From positions 64,001 to 128,000 of the forward strand of contig CAXXVO010000005.1 of the NCBI GenBank assembly GCA_963422645.2: a stretch of DNA of 64,000 bases, in the 5' to 3' direction. Under the pieces are notes generated by a model. That model was not told where the DNA came from, made no database searches, and saw only the letters and a program-made list of their open reading frames with translations. The translations under genes were made by a program, and so were the position numbers. Origin of the DNA: Alphaproteobacteria bacterium. Its GTDB lineage: Bacteria; Pseudomonadota; Alphaproteobacteria; UBA828. Shown here one piece after another: positions 40,189 through 50,945 of the stretch; position 1 is the stretch's first letter, and every line of letters begins with the position of its first letter.

Positions 40189-40878
40189 CCGGCGCTGCCG
40201 CAGGAGGTGGGCCGCTGGTGGATCCCCGGCCAGTGGCAGGCGGGCGGCGAGGAGTACCCTTGGGAGAACTGGGTGGCGCCCCGCTGCCATCACCCGCTCC
40301 GCCTCGGCGACCGGCTCTACGTCAGCTACTGGCACCACGGCCTCTTCATCCTCGACATCGAGGACATGACCCGGCCGAAGCACGTTGCCGGCGTCAACAC
40401 CAGCCCCGCCTTCCCGCACCCCACCCACACCTGCCTGCCCTTCCCCTACAAGCTCAAGGGCCGGCACATCATGGTGGTGGCGGACGAGGACGTGGCGAAG
40501 CTCTGGCCCTCGCCGCCGGCCTTCGCCTGGGTCTACGACATCACCGACGAGCGCTGCCCCATCCCCATCAGCACCATCCACGTGGATGGAGTCGATCAGG
40601 ATGGCAGCCCCCAGCCCGACATGACCGGCTGCCACCAGCCCTCGGACCGATTCACCGGCAACGTCGTGCCCTTCGCCTGGTTCGCCCAGGGCCTGCGCCT
40701 GGTGGACGTGTCGGACCCCTTCGCGCCCTGCGAGGTCGCACGCTACGTCCCCGACCCGCCCGAGGGATGCGAGCGCGCCTCCTCCAACGACGTCACCGTC
40801 GACGACCGCGGCCTCATCTACCTGATCGACCGTCAGCGCGGCGTCGACATCATCGAGACCGACGCTCTCTGAACCGCC

Positions 40879-41763
40879 ATGCCCCAGCTTCGCCCCGAAG
40901 AGCGCGCGTTCTTCCATGAAAAGGGCTATCTGATGGTCGAGAATGCGGTGGATGCCGCCCTGCTCTCACGACTGAAGCAGGAGTTCGCCGCGTGGGTGGA
41001 GGAGAGCCGGTCTCGCAATGCGGCTTGGGGCGACACCGTGGACGGCCGGCCCCGCTTCGACCTCGAGACGGGTCACAGCAGCGAGAAGCCGTGCCTTCGC
41101 CGGGTCAACGCACCGATGGAGGTCTCGGAGGCCTATCTTGCGGCCTCGCTGGAGAGCCGCATGGTTGACTGCGTCGCCGATCTCATCGGGCCGAACGTGA
41201 AGCTGCACCACACTAAGATCAACTCTAAGCTCCCGGGCGCGCACACCGAGGTCAAATGGCACCAGGACTTCGCGTTCACGCCGCACAGCAACGACGACGT
41301 GGTCACGGCGCTGCTCATGGTTGACGAGGTCACCGAGGAGAACGGCCCGCTCCAGGTCGTTGGCGGCACGCACCGCGGGCCCATCCACAGCCACTGGCAC
41401 GAGGGCGTGTTCACGGGCGCGGTCGCGGACGACGTGGCCGCCACGAGCGTGCCGTCCGCCGAGACCTGCGTGGGCCCGGCGGGCGCGGTGTGCCTGATGC
41501 ACACGCGCCTGCTGCACGGCTCCGCCTCCAACCGCTCCGAGCGGCCGCGCACGCTGCACATCTCGGTCTACAGCGCCGACGACGCGCTCGCCATGTCGCC
41601 CAACCCGGTCCCGAGCCGCTACGAGGGCCGGCTGGTTCGGGGTGAGCGCACCGGGCGCGTGCGCTCGATGAACTACGAGCTCGAATTGCCGCAGCTGCCG
41701 ACCGGGGCCTCGTTCTTCGACCAGCAGGCCCGCCACGGAGACGCCGGCGCCGCGAACTCGTGA
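40879..41763 (+). CDS. Phytanoyl-CoA dioxygenase (PhyH) family
   Basis: WHQD, ENGPL, LHGS..N...R motifs. Confidence 0.9.
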   Translation: MPQLRPEERAFFHEKGYLMVENAVDAALLSRLKQEFAAWVEESRSRNAAWGDTVDGRPRFDLETGHSSEKPCLRRVNAPMEVSEAYLAASLESRMVDCVADLIGPNVKLHHTKINSKLPGAHTEVKWHQDFAFTPHSNDDVVTALLMVDEVTEENGPLQVVGGTHRGPIHSHWHEGVFTGAVADDVAATSVPSAETCVGPAGAVCLMHTRLLHGSASNRSERPRTLHISVYSADDALAMSPNPVPSRYEGRLVRGERTGRVRSMNYELELPQLPTGASFFDQQARHGDAGAANS

Positions 41764-41814
41764 GCCGAGCCGCCGCCTCGCTTCCCGGCTAAGTCCCCGC
41801 CGTCCTTGCCATCA

Positions 41815-43083
41815 TTACTGAGGCAAGTGCGAGTGCCACGCGCCCCTGTACACTATGGGCAGCAGCGACGGGTCCGTGACGCTGGGGACCTCATGCACGC
41901 GAACCACGCTGCGGCCGATACCGCAGTCCCCGAATTCATCGCAGCTCAGCGTGCCGAGGATGCCTTGAAAGTCTGCGGTGCCGGCCAGCGCATCGCGGAG
42001 CGCCGCGCGGTCGATGGTGAGCGTCTCCCCATCGACGACCGCAACCTGCTCGATCGCCGAGAGCAGCAGCGTCGTCGCGTCATAGCCGTGCGCCCAGTAC
42101 GAAGACGTTGGCGGCCCGCCGAAGGCGGCCTCGAACGCGGCGAGCACGTCGGCGGCGCTCCTGCCCGTCGCCTGGTTCGTGTTCCCGCTGTCTCCGGGAT
42201 CGGGCGCCGTGAAGTAGAGGCCTGCGCTCTCGGGCAGCGCAAGAAGATCCGTCGTCAAGGTGGCGGCGCCGCCGATCATGGTCACGTCGCCCAGGGCGTT
42301 GCTCTTGGCCGCCTGCTGAATTAGAGCCATTGCCTCCCCCGGGAAGAGAGGGATGAACACGCCCTCGGGCGCTGCGGCGGCGAGCTTGGCCAGCACGGCG
42401 GCCATGTCGGTCTGGCCCTTCTCCACCCGGGCGATGACCGGCACTTCGCCGCCATGCGCGCGGACCTCGACCGCAAAGGCATTCGCGATGGCACTGGTGT
42501 AGGCGTCGCCGTCGTGGACTGTCCCCATCGTGCGCAACCCGAGTTCGTCGAAGCTGAAGTGCGCGACGACGCTCGCCTCGATCAGGTCGTTGTCCGTCAC
42601 GCGGTAGTAGCCCGCGTGGTGGTCGGGCCCGACATTACCGGCGAGGTCGGAGGTGAGCCGGGGCGAGGTGTTGGCCGGCGAGATCATCGAGAGCCCGGCC
42701 GCGCTGAGGATCGGCGATGCCTCCACCGCCGCACCGGAGCAGAGCGTCCCGATGACGCCGACCACCCGCGCGTCGGCAGCGACGATCTCGGCCGCCGCGC
42801 GCCCGCCCTCGCCCGAGCATTTCTCGTCGAGGGTCTGGATGGAAACCGGGTGCCCGTGAATGGGCCCGAAATCCTCGATCGCCAGGTCGATGGCGGTTCC
42901 GATGAGAGGCGACACGGAGGTCACCACCGTCTCGGAAAGAAGCGCGCGAATTTCGATCGGCTCGCCGCCCTTGATCTCAACCGCGCCGAGCGGCCCCGCT
43001 GCGAAACCGTTGCCGCACACGAGGATCGCCGACACAGCGGCGGCAAGCACCGATGCTCGTGTTGTGAGAGTCACGTTGCCCAT
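41815..43083 (-). CDS. Branched-chain amino acid-type ABC substrate-binding protein
   Basis: Signal peptide, DEKCS, GTLCSGA, ISPANTSP, YDA. Confidence 0.85.
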   Translation of the reverse strand: MGNVTLTTRASVLAAAVSAILVCGNGFAAGPLGAVEIKGGEPIEIRALLSETVVTSVSPLIGTAIDLAIEDFGPIHGHPVSIQTLDEKCSGEGGRAAAEIVAADARVVGVIGTLCSGAAVEASPILSAAGLSMISPANTSPRLTSDLAGNVGPDHHAGYYRVTDNDLIEASVVAHFSFDELGLRTMGTVHDGDAYTSAIANAFAVEVRAHGGEVPVIARVEKGQTDMAAVLAKLAAAAPEGVFIPLFPGEAMALIQQAAKSNALGDVTMIGGAATLTTDLLALPESAGLYFTAPDPGDSGNTNQATGRSAADVLAAFEAAFGGPPTSSYWAHGYDATTLLLSAIEQVAVVDGETLTIDRAALRDALAGTADFQGILGTLSCDEFGDCGIGRSVVRVHEVPSVTDPSLLPIVYRGAWHSHLPQ

Positions 43084-43323
43084 GGCCAGTTCCTTCCCTG
43101 CTTGTCGGTCGTGGTCGTCCAGTGACAAGGTCGCGTCAGTTCTCTGGAACGGGTCTCGCAGCACTATGAACCAAATGCGGGACCGTGACATGGAGTCGAT
43201 CGTACCCGTCGCGATGCGGCCACGACGGGAACCGGGCGCGGGCGCGGCGGCGCGGGCTTGCTATCGTTGCGGCCGGCCGCGGGCGAAAGAGTCGGCGGCA
43301 GCTCTCTCGGGGAGGAGTCGCCG

Positions 43324-44160
43324 GTGAGCAACCCGCGCACCGTAACCGATCATTACACCAGCGGCGACCTGCTGGCGCGGCTCGAGGCAAGGCTGCGGGA
43401 GGACGGGGTCGATCCGTCGCGACCGACCGTCGAGGCGCTGGCGCCCTACGACCACTTCCACGGCCGCGGCCTGGAAGCGACCGAGGACATGGCGGCGCTG
43501 CTCCAGATCGCCGAGACCGACCACATTCTGGATGTCGGCAGCGGCCTCGGCGGGCCCGCGCGCTACCTCGCCCAGCGCTTCGGCTGCCGTGTCAGCGGGA
43601 TCGATCTGACGCCTGAGTTCTGCGACGTCGCGCGCCACCTGACGGCGCTGCTGGGCCTTGAGGACCGGGTCTCCACCGGGCAGGGCGACGCCCTGGCGAT
43701 GCCCTATGACGACGCCTCGTTCGACGGTGCCTACTCGATGAACGTCTCAATGAACATCGCCGACAAGCGTGCGCTCTATCGGGAAATCCGCCGCGTGCTG
43801 AAGCCCGGCGCCTGGCTGGTGCTGTCGGAGGCTGCGCAAGGGCCGGGAGGCAAGCCGGACTACCCGACGCCGTGGGCACGGACCGCCGCGTCGAGCTTTC
43901 TCGCGACCGAGGCCGAGACCCGCGCGAGCCTCGAAGCCTGCGGGTTCGCCATCGAGAGCCTGCGCGATACCACCGAGGCCGCGCTCGCCTACGGCGCCCG
44001 CTCGCGCGCACTGGTGGAGGCCGGCGGCAAGCCGCTGCACCGCGCGGTCTCGCTGATCCACGGCCCGCTCGCCGAGCAGGCTTCGACAAACTCGGCACGA
44101 GCGCTGAGGGAGCGCCGCGCGGTGCCGATCGAGCTTCTTTGCCGCGCGCTGCCGCAGTAG
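43324..44160 (+). CDS. Class I SAM-dependent methyltransferase (sarcosine/dimethylglycine N-methyltransferase-like)
   Basis: DHFHGRG, LDVGSGLGG, GIDLT, RVLKPG. Confidence 0.85.
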   Translation: MSNPRTVTDHYTSGDLLARLEARLREDGVDPSRPTVEALAPYDHFHGRGLEATEDMAALLQIAETDHILDVGSGLGGPARYLAQRFGCRVSGIDLTPEFCDVARHLTALLGLEDRVSTGQGDALAMPYDDASFDGAYSMNVSMNIADKRALYREIRRVLKPGAWLVLSEAAQGPGGKPDYPTPWARTAASSFLATEAETRASLEACGFAIESLRDTTEAALAYGARSRALVEAGGKPLHRAVSLIHGPLAEQASTNSARALRERRAVPIELLCRALPQ

Positions 44161-44196
44161 AGCGAGTCCTGCGCGCTCGATTGGCGGCGCCGGCTC

Positions 44197-45105
44197 TCAG
44201 CTCCCGCCGTCGTGGTAAGCCCGCGCGATATCCGCGCGGCGACAGATCCAGACGTCATCGTGGCGCAGCACGTGCTCCAGAAAGCGCCGCAGCGCCGCGA
44301 GACGCGCCGGCCGCCCGATGACCCGGCAGTGCAGGCCCACGGAGAGCATCGCCGGGCGCCCGTTGACGCCCTCCCGGTAAAGCTCGTCGAAGGCCGCGCA
44401 GAGGTATTCGGCAAATGCGATCGGCGAGGCAAAGCCGTTCGGCGTGCTGAATTTCATGTCGTTGGTGTCGAGCGCGTAAGGAATGACGAGGTGGCGCCCG
44501 CCCCCCTCCAGCTCGAGCCAGTAGGGAATGTCGTCGTCGTAGGCATCCGAATCGTAGAGCAGGCCGCCGCACTCGATCGCGAGCCGGCGTGAGTTCTCGC
44601 TCATCCGGCCGCAGTAGAAGCCGACCGGCGCCTCTCCCGTCTGCTCGCGGATCGTCTCCTTCGCCATCAGGATGTGCTCGCGCTCGACGTCCTCAGGCAC
44701 ATCGGCGTAGTCGAACCAGCGCCAATTGTGGCTCGCGACCTCGAAGCCCTGGCTCGCGCAGTAACGGCCGACCTCCGGATTCAGCGCGAGCGCCTGGCCC
44801 ACGCCGAATATGGTCGCCGTCACGTCCAGCTCCTCGAAGAGCCGCAGAATGCGCCAGACCCCGGCACGCGCGCCGTAGTCGTAATGGCTCTCGGTATTGT
44901 GGTCCCGCTGGCCCACGCGCGCCTCGATGCCGCAAATCTCGTGGATATAGCTCTCCGAGGTGGCATCGTCGTTCTGGATCGACCGCTCGGCGCCCTCCTC
45001 GTAGTTGAGGACGAGGCTCAGCGCGAGCGGGCTGTCGTCCCGCCAGGGCGGACGCGGGCGCGAGCGGCCGTACCCGACAAAGTCGCGATCGTTCATGGCG
45101 GTCAT
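44197..45105 (-). CDS. PuuE-like allantoinase (polysaccharide deacetylase fold)
   Basis: RDFVGYG, VLNYEEG, YGARAG, PYALDTNDMKF, GLHCRVIGRP. Confidence 0.85.
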   Translation of the reverse strand: MTAMNDRDFVGYGRSRPRPPWRDDSPLALSLVLNYEEGAERSIQNDDATSESYIHEICGIEARVGQRDHNTESHYDYGARAGVWRILRLFEELDVTATIFGVGQALALNPEVGRYCASQGFEVASHNWRWFDYADVPEDVEREHILMAKETIREQTGEAPVGFYCGRMSENSRRLAIECGGLLYDSDAYDDDIPYWLELEGGGRHLVIPYALDTNDMKFSTPNGFASPIAFAEYLCAAFDELYREGVNGRPAMLSVGLHCRVIGRPARLAALRRFLEHVLRHDDVWICRRADIARAYHDGGS

Positions 45106-45391
45106 GTCGTGAAGCTCCTGTATTCGATGTCATCGCAACGCCGCGGCCCACCGCTCCCAGCGCCCGAAATCGGGCTGCGACACCCGCTCGTGCAGGGGCG
45201 CTCAGAATAGATAGGGCCGCTCGCCCTTGCACGCGGCGATTAGGGCCGGCGGGCCTGCGTCGGGGTCGTCGCGTCGCCCCCGCCTCGCTCGGGCCGGCCG
45301 TGGTGTCTCATGCCGATTCGGGCTAGGGTCGCGCCCGCTTGGCGGCCGAGGCCGTCGGGTGGGGAGAGGCATCTGACGCGGCGGGATAGCC

Positions 45392-47455
45392 ATGCGATTT
45401 GCGGTCGATACCGGGGGCACCTTCACCGACCTTGTCGTCGAGTCCGACGACGGGGGCCTGCGCATGTACAAGGCGCCGACCACGCCCTCGGACCCGATCG
45501 CCGGCGTTCTGGAGACGCTGTCCCGCGCCGCAGACGACCTGGGCGAAAGCCGCGAGGCCCTGCTCGGCCGCGGCGAGCTGCTGATCCACGGCACCACGCA
45601 TGCGATCAACGCCATCGTCACCGACAATACCGCCCGCACGGCCTTCCTCACCACCAAGGGCCATCCGGACGTGCTGGTGTTTCGCGAGGGCGGGCGCATC
45701 GAGCCTTTCAACTTCACCGTGCCCTACCCCGAGCCCTACGTGCCGCGCTCGCTTACCTACGAGGTGCCCGAGCGGGTGACCTACGACGGCAGCGTCGCCG
45801 AGCCGCTGGACGAGGCCGCCGTCGTCGCGATCATCGAAGCGCTCAAGGGCCAGGAGATCGAGGCGGTCGGCGTCTGCCTGCTCTGGTCGATCGTGAACCC
45901 CGCCCACGAGCTCCGCGTCGGCGCGCTGCTGGAGCGTCACCTGCCAGGCGTCCCCTACACCCTCTCGCACGTGCTCAACCCCTCGCTCCGCGAATACCGC
46001 CGCGCGTCGTCGACCAGCATCGACGCCTCGCTCAAGCCGCTCATGGGCAGCTATCTCGGCGGCCTGGAGTCGCGCCTGCGCGACGCGGGCTTCGGCGGCC
46101 GGGTCCTGGTGGTCACGACCCAGGGCGGCGCCATGGATGCGGCCGACATGGCGAGCGCGCCGATCCATTCGATCAACTCGGGGCCTGCGATGGCGCCCAT
46201 CGCCGGCCGCGCCTACGCCGAGGCCGATACCGGTGTCGACACCGCCATCATTGCCGACACCGGCGGCACCACCTTCGACGTGAGCCTGGTGCGCGGCGGG
46301 CGCATCCCGTGGACCCGGGAGACCTGGATCGGCCAGCCCTACCGCGGCCACATGACCGGCTTCCCGGCAGTGGACGTGAAGAGCATCGGCGCGGGCGGCG
46401 GCAGCATCGCCTGGGTCGACGAGGGCGGTCTGCTCCACGTCGGGCCGAAGAGCGCCGGCGCCGTGCCCGGCCCGGTCTGCTACGGCGCTGGCGGCACCGA
46501 GCCGACCGTGACCGATGCGTCGGTGATCCTCGGCTGGATCGACCCCGCCCACTTCCTCGGCGGCACCATGGCGCTGGAGACCGAGGCGGCCCGGAACGCC
46601 ATCGAGACCCACGTCGCGAGCAAGCTCGGCCTCTCGCTCCACGAGGCGGCGGCGGCCATCATGAGCGTCGCCACCGAGAACATGGTGCACGCCATCGAAG
46701 ACATCACGGTCAACCAGGGGATCGACCCGCGCGAGGCCGCCATCGTCGGCGGAGGCGGCGCGGCCGGCCTGAACGCGGTCGCCATCGCGCGCCGCCTCGG
46801 CTGCGCGCAGGTGATCCTGCCCGAGGTCGCGGCCGCGCTCAGCGCCCACGGCGCGCTGATCTCGGAGCTCCGGGCCGAGTACAGCGGCACGCTCTACACC
46901 TCCACCGGCGGCTTCGACTTCAACGGCGTGAACGCCCTGCTCGAAGGGCTGGAGCAGAAGTGCCGGGCCTTCATCGAGGGGCCGGGCGCGGGCTCGCTGG
47001 AGCAGGTCGTGGAGTTCACCGCCGAGGCGCGCTATCCCAGCCAGATCTGGGAGATCGAGGTGCCGCTGCGCGCGGACCGGATCGAGGACGAGCGAGCGCT
47101 CACGGCCTTCATCGAAGACTTCCACAAGACCCACGAGGCGTTGTTCACCTTCGCCGACATCGAATCGACGATCGAGACCGTCGGCTGGCGTGCCAACGTG
47201 CGCTGCCGGCTCCGGGACGGCGTCAACCTGAGCGTGGAGAGCGCCGGCGGCGGGCCGGAGATCGCGCACAGCCGCTCGGTCTATTTCCCGGACACGGGCT
47301 TCGTCGAGGCGCGCGTCGTGCATTTCGACGGCATGGGCCCGGGCGAGACCGTGGAAGGGCCCGCGATCATCGAATCGTCCTTCACCACCGTTGTGATCGA
47401 CCCCGGGGCCGAGGCCGAGCGCCGGCCCTCGGGCAGTCTCCTGATAACGCCGTGA
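45392..47455 (+). CDS. Hydantoinase A/oxoprolinase family subunit
   Basis: DTGGTFTD, HGTT, SGPA, DTGGTTFD, GAGGGS. Confidence 0.92.
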   Translation: MRFAVDTGGTFTDLVVESDDGGLRMYKAPTTPSDPIAGVLETLSRAADDLGESREALLGRGELLIHGTTHAINAIVTDNTARTAFLTTKGHPDVLVFREGGRIEPFNFTVPYPEPYVPRSLTYEVPERVTYDGSVAEPLDEAAVVAIIEALKGQEIEAVGVCLLWSIVNPAHELRVGALLERHLPGVPYTLSHVLNPSLREYRRASSTSIDASLKPLMGSYLGGLESRLRDAGFGGRVLVVTTQGGAMDAADMASAPIHSINSGPAMAPIAGRAYAEADTGVDTAIIADTGGTTFDVSLVRGGRIPWTRETWIGQPYRGHMTGFPAVDVKSIGAGGGSIAWVDEGGLLHVGPKSAGAVPGPVCYGAGGTEPTVTDASVILGWIDPAHFLGGTMALETEAARNAIETHVASKLGLSLHEAAAAIMSVATENMVHAIEDITVNQGIDPREAAIVGGGGAAGLNAVAIARRLGCAQVILPEVAAALSAHGALISELRAEYSGTLYTSTGGFDFNGVNALLEGLEQKCRAFIEGPGAGSLEQVVEFTAEARYPSQIWEIEVPLRADRIEDERALTAFIEDFHKTHEALFTFADIESTIETVGWRANVRCRLRDGVNLSVESAGGGPEIAHSRSVYFPDTGFVEARVVHFDGMGPGETVEGPAIIESSFTTVVIDPGAEAERRPSGSLLITP

Positions 47456-47471
47456 CCCAGGGAGCCGGGCG

Positions 47472-49250
47472 ATGGCAAGGAACACGCTGACCCTCAACGC
47501 AGACGGCACGCTCGACGGCGTGCAGATGGCGATCGTCAACAAGCGGATGGAGGCTATCTGCGGCAAGATGGCCAACACGCTGCTGCGCACCGGACGCTCC
47601 GGCGTGCTCAACAGCGCGCGCGACTTCTCCTGCTGCATCGTGACCGCCGAGAACCGACTGCTCACCGTCAACGAGAGCCTGCCGATTCACGTCCTGCGCG
47701 GTGCCGACATGATGTGCGAATCGATGCAGGAGTTTCACGCCGACCTCAAGCGGGGCGACGCCTACCTCCACAACTCGCCCTACCACGGCTGCTCCCACCC
47801 CGCCGACCACACGACGCTCGTGCCGGTGGTGGATGACGAAGGCGTGCACCGCTTCACCATGGTCGCCAAGGCGCATCAGGCCGATTGCGGCAACTCCATC
47901 GCCACCACCTATCACGGCAGTGCGCGGGACGTGTACGAGGAAGGCGCGCTGATCTTCCCGGCGGTCCAGATCCAGCGCGACTACGAGGACATCGAGGACA
48001 TCGTGCGCATGTGCCGGCTCCGCATCCGCGTGCCGGAGCAGTGGTGGGGCGACTATCTCGCGGCACTCGGCGCGGCGCGGATCGGCGAGCGCGAGATCAT
48101 GGCCTTCGGCAACGAGATCGGCTGGGACACCCTCGCCCAGTTCGCCGAGCAGTGGTTCGACTACAGCGAGCAGTTGATGATCGCGGCCGTGCGCAAGATG
48201 CCCGGCGGCCGCGCCGTGACCACCTCGATGCACGACCCCTTCCCCAATGCAGAGGACGGCATCCCGGTCAAGATCGTGGTCGAGGTGGACCCCGAGGAGG
48301 CCATGGTCGACATCGACCTTCGCGACAACCCCGACGCGATGCCCTGCGGTCTCAACCTGTCGCAGGCCTGCTGCGAGAGCACGCTGCTGCTCGGCGTGTT
48401 CAACAGCATCCCGGACGCGGTGCCGACCAACACCGGTTCCTTCCGCCGCGTGCGCATGCACCTCAAGGAGAACAGCGTCTGCGGCATTCCCAAGCATCCG
48501 ACCAGCTGCTCGGTGGCGACCACCAACCTCGCCGACCGCGTGGGCAACGCGGTGAGCCGGGCAATCGCGGACTTGGGCGACGGCTACGGCATGGCGAGCA
48601 CCGGCTCGATCATCCCGCCCTCCCTCGGCGTCATCTCCGGCACGAGCGAGAAGACCAAGGGCGCTTACGTCAATCAGATCTTCCTGGGCTGGGGCGGCGG
48701 CGCGGCCAGCGCCCAGGCCGACGCCTGGCTCTCGATCGGCCATCTCGGCAACGCCGGCATGTCCTATCAGGATTCCATCGAGCTCGACGAGATGCGCTTC
48801 CCGCTCACCGTGCGCGGGCGGCACTTCATCACCGATTCGGGTGGCCACGGCCGCACGCGTGGCGGCGCCGGCGTCTACTGCGAGTTCGGACCGACCGAGG
48901 GCGATCTGGAAGTGGGCTACGTCAGCGACGGCAACGTCACGGCGCCCGAGGGCGCGCGCGGCGGCACCCCAGGCGAGCGCGCCAACCAGTTCCGGCGCGA
49001 TGCCAACGGCGATCTGCACCGGCTCGACCCCTGCGCCCAGGCGATCATCCCCGAGGGCCACACCATCGTCTCCTACTCCTGCGGCGGCGGCGGCTACGGT
49101 GCGCCGACGGAGCGGCCGGCAGAGCAGGTGGCGAGCGACGTCCGCGAGCGCTGGGTCTCCCCCGAAGCCGCGCGCGACACCTACCGCGTGGCCCTCGACG
49201 AATCCGGCGCCCTCGACCAGCCCGCAACGGAGCAACTGCGCAACGCCTGA
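47472..49250 (+). CDS. Hydantoinase B/oxoprolinase family subunit
   Basis: ARDFSC, NSPYHGCSHPAD, AHQAD, GGGGYG. Confidence 0.92.
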   Translation: MARNTLTLNADGTLDGVQMAIVNKRMEAICGKMANTLLRTGRSGVLNSARDFSCCIVTAENRLLTVNESLPIHVLRGADMMCESMQEFHADLKRGDAYLHNSPYHGCSHPADHTTLVPVVDDEGVHRFTMVAKAHQADCGNSIATTYHGSARDVYEEGALIFPAVQIQRDYEDIEDIVRMCRLRIRVPEQWWGDYLAALGAARIGEREIMAFGNEIGWDTLAQFAEQWFDYSEQLMIAAVRKMPGGRAVTTSMHDPFPNAEDGIPVKIVVEVDPEEAMVDIDLRDNPDAMPCGLNLSQACCESTLLLGVFNSIPDAVPTNTGSFRRVRMHLKENSVCGIPKHPTSCSVATTNLADRVGNAVSRAIADLGDGYGMASTGSIIPPSLGVISGTSEKTKGAYVNQIFLGWGGGAASAQADAWLSIGHLGNAGMSYQDSIELDEMRFPLTVRGRHFITDSGGHGRTRGGAGVYCEFGPTEGDLEVGYVSDGNVTAPEGARGGTPGERANQFRRDANGDLHRLDPCAQAIIPEGHTIVSYSCGGGGYGAPTERPAEQVASDVRERWVSPEAARDTYRVALDESGALDQPATEQLRNA

Positions 49251-49431
49251 GTGCTGGGCGGACGGAAGGTCTACTCTCACCCCGAAAAAAATTTGGTTGG
49301 AGGCAGAGTGGGTTTTGGGTGGTCGCAGAATGGATTCGGCGTTGCACCCCGAGGCACGAGTTGACACGATCCGAGGCAGGCAGGGACGGCCCTGCGCGCG
49401 AACTCAAACTTCGTTGAGGAGGAAAATCTCG

Positions 49432-50808
49432 ATGGTCGAACGCAAGGAACAGGAACATCTGCTGCGGCAGGCAGCTCGCGGTCAGCTGCTGCGTGGGGAG
49501 ATCGACAGACGCCAGTTCATGACCCGCAGCATTGCCGCCGGCCTCGGCCTGGCGGGCGCGAGCGTGGTGGCGAACTATGGCTCCGGCAGCGCATTCGCGC
49601 AGGAGCGGCCGCTCACGCCGACCTTCTATCAGTGGATCGAGGACCTGCATCCCTCGATTCCCCAGGTCAACGAGCAGTTCCCTGACATCAACTACCAGAT
49701 CGCACCGGTCGAGGGTTTCGGCATCGAGCGTTTCGTCGCCGAGGCGCGCAGCCAGGAGAGCACCTGGGATGTCTATGTCGGCCAGACCCCATTCGTTGAA
49801 ATGACCTCGATGATCAAGGCCGACGTCATCGAGCCGTGGGATCCCTACATCCCCCAGGACGTGATCGATGACATGATCCCGGCGATCCGCGACGAGTGCA
49901 CCATCGACGGCAAGCTCTACGGCTGGCCCTTCCTGCTCGACGTGATCGGCATGGGCTGGCACTCGAGCATCACCGACGCAGCAGGCGTCGGCGAGACGCC
50001 GCCCGCGACCTGGGACGAATACCTCGCCAACTCCCAGGCCGTGGTGGACAGCGGTGCGGCACCCTTCGGCGCGACCTTCGACGCGCACGGCTGGCGCTCG
50101 CTCGCGCCCATGACCCACAGCCTGAACAGTAACGTCTACACCGAGGACGGTCTCTTCGACTTCACGCACGATGCGGCGGTCGAAGCGCTCATGCTGATGA
50201 AGAAGATCATGGCCGTCTCGCACCCCGACATCCTGCTCGCGGGCGCGACCGACGGCGGCGTCAACGGCACACCCGACGAGGTCGCCTTTGCCGCCCAGCG
50301 TGTCGGCTATTACACCAAGTATTTCAATGCCCCGTTGCGTTTTGCTCAGTATTGGGACGAACCGGGTGCGCTGAAGATGGCCGGGCTTCCCAAGTTCACC
50401 GGCGGCGAGGGCTCGACCGTGTTCTGGACCACAGGCTGCGCGCTCTTCAAGCATGGCAAGAACAAGGAGCAGGTCGCCGAATACATCCGTGCCCTCACCT
50501 ACGACCGGCAGATCTGGCAGGACTCGATCGCCGGCACCGAGACGGCACATCCCGGGCAGCTGCCGCCCTACAAGTCGATCTTCGCCGAGTGGGAGGCCAA
50601 CCCGCCTGAGTGGATGCTGCCCTACGTGGGGCTGGTCCGGGGCCAGCTCGATCGAGCCAAGGCGATCACCAACCACCTGATCGGCCTGCAGCAGTTCATC
50701 ATCGGCCAGTCGACCTGGGAGACCTATCTCAAGGGCGAGGAGCCCGATCCGCGCGTCGCCCTGCAGAACACCATGGATGCGGTGCGCGCCGAGCTGGAAC
50801 GCATGTAG
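49432..50808 (+). CDS. Carbohydrate-type ABC substrate-binding protein with Tat-like signal
   Basis: DRRQFM twin-arginine motif; GKLYGWP, PPATWDE; precedes two permeases. Confidence 0.8.
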   Translation: MVERKEQEHLLRQAARGQLLRGEIDRRQFMTRSIAAGLGLAGASVVANYGSGSAFAQERPLTPTFYQWIEDLHPSIPQVNEQFPDINYQIAPVEGFGIERFVAEARSQESTWDVYVGQTPFVEMTSMIKADVIEPWDPYIPQDVIDDMIPAIRDECTIDGKLYGWPFLLDVIGMGWHSSITDAAGVGETPPATWDEYLANSQAVVDSGAAPFGATFDAHGWRSLAPMTHSLNSNVYTEDGLFDFTHDAAVEALMLMKKIMAVSHPDILLAGATDGGVNGTPDEVAFAAQRVGYYTKYFNAPLRFAQYWDEPGALKMAGLPKFTGGEGSTVFWTTGCALFKHGKNKEQVAEYIRALTYDRQIWQDSIAGTETAHPGQLPPYKSIFAEWEANPPEWMLPYVGLVRGQLDRAKAITNHLIGLQQFIIGQSTWETYLKGEEPDPRVALQNTMDAVRAELERM

Positions 50809-50945
50809 CAACGCCTTTCGCCCGGGGGATGGAGCGCGACGAGCGCGCCGTCCCTCGGCGCGTCGCGTACCGGCATTGACACCCTTGCTTGCCCTGCCCG
50901 CGGCGCGCCCGCCTTGCGGGCTCGCCTGACGCCGCGCGCAGCCCC

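Larger units (their letters stand above)
38167..40872 (+). pseudogene. LVIVD-repeat beta-propeller protein split by a mini-transposon
   Basis: TIVDVADP, IYDVSNP, ILDLADPA (38167-38621), resuming LPQEVGRWW...LVDVSDP (40194-40872). The frame is restored on removing the element and one TSD. Confidence 0.88.
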
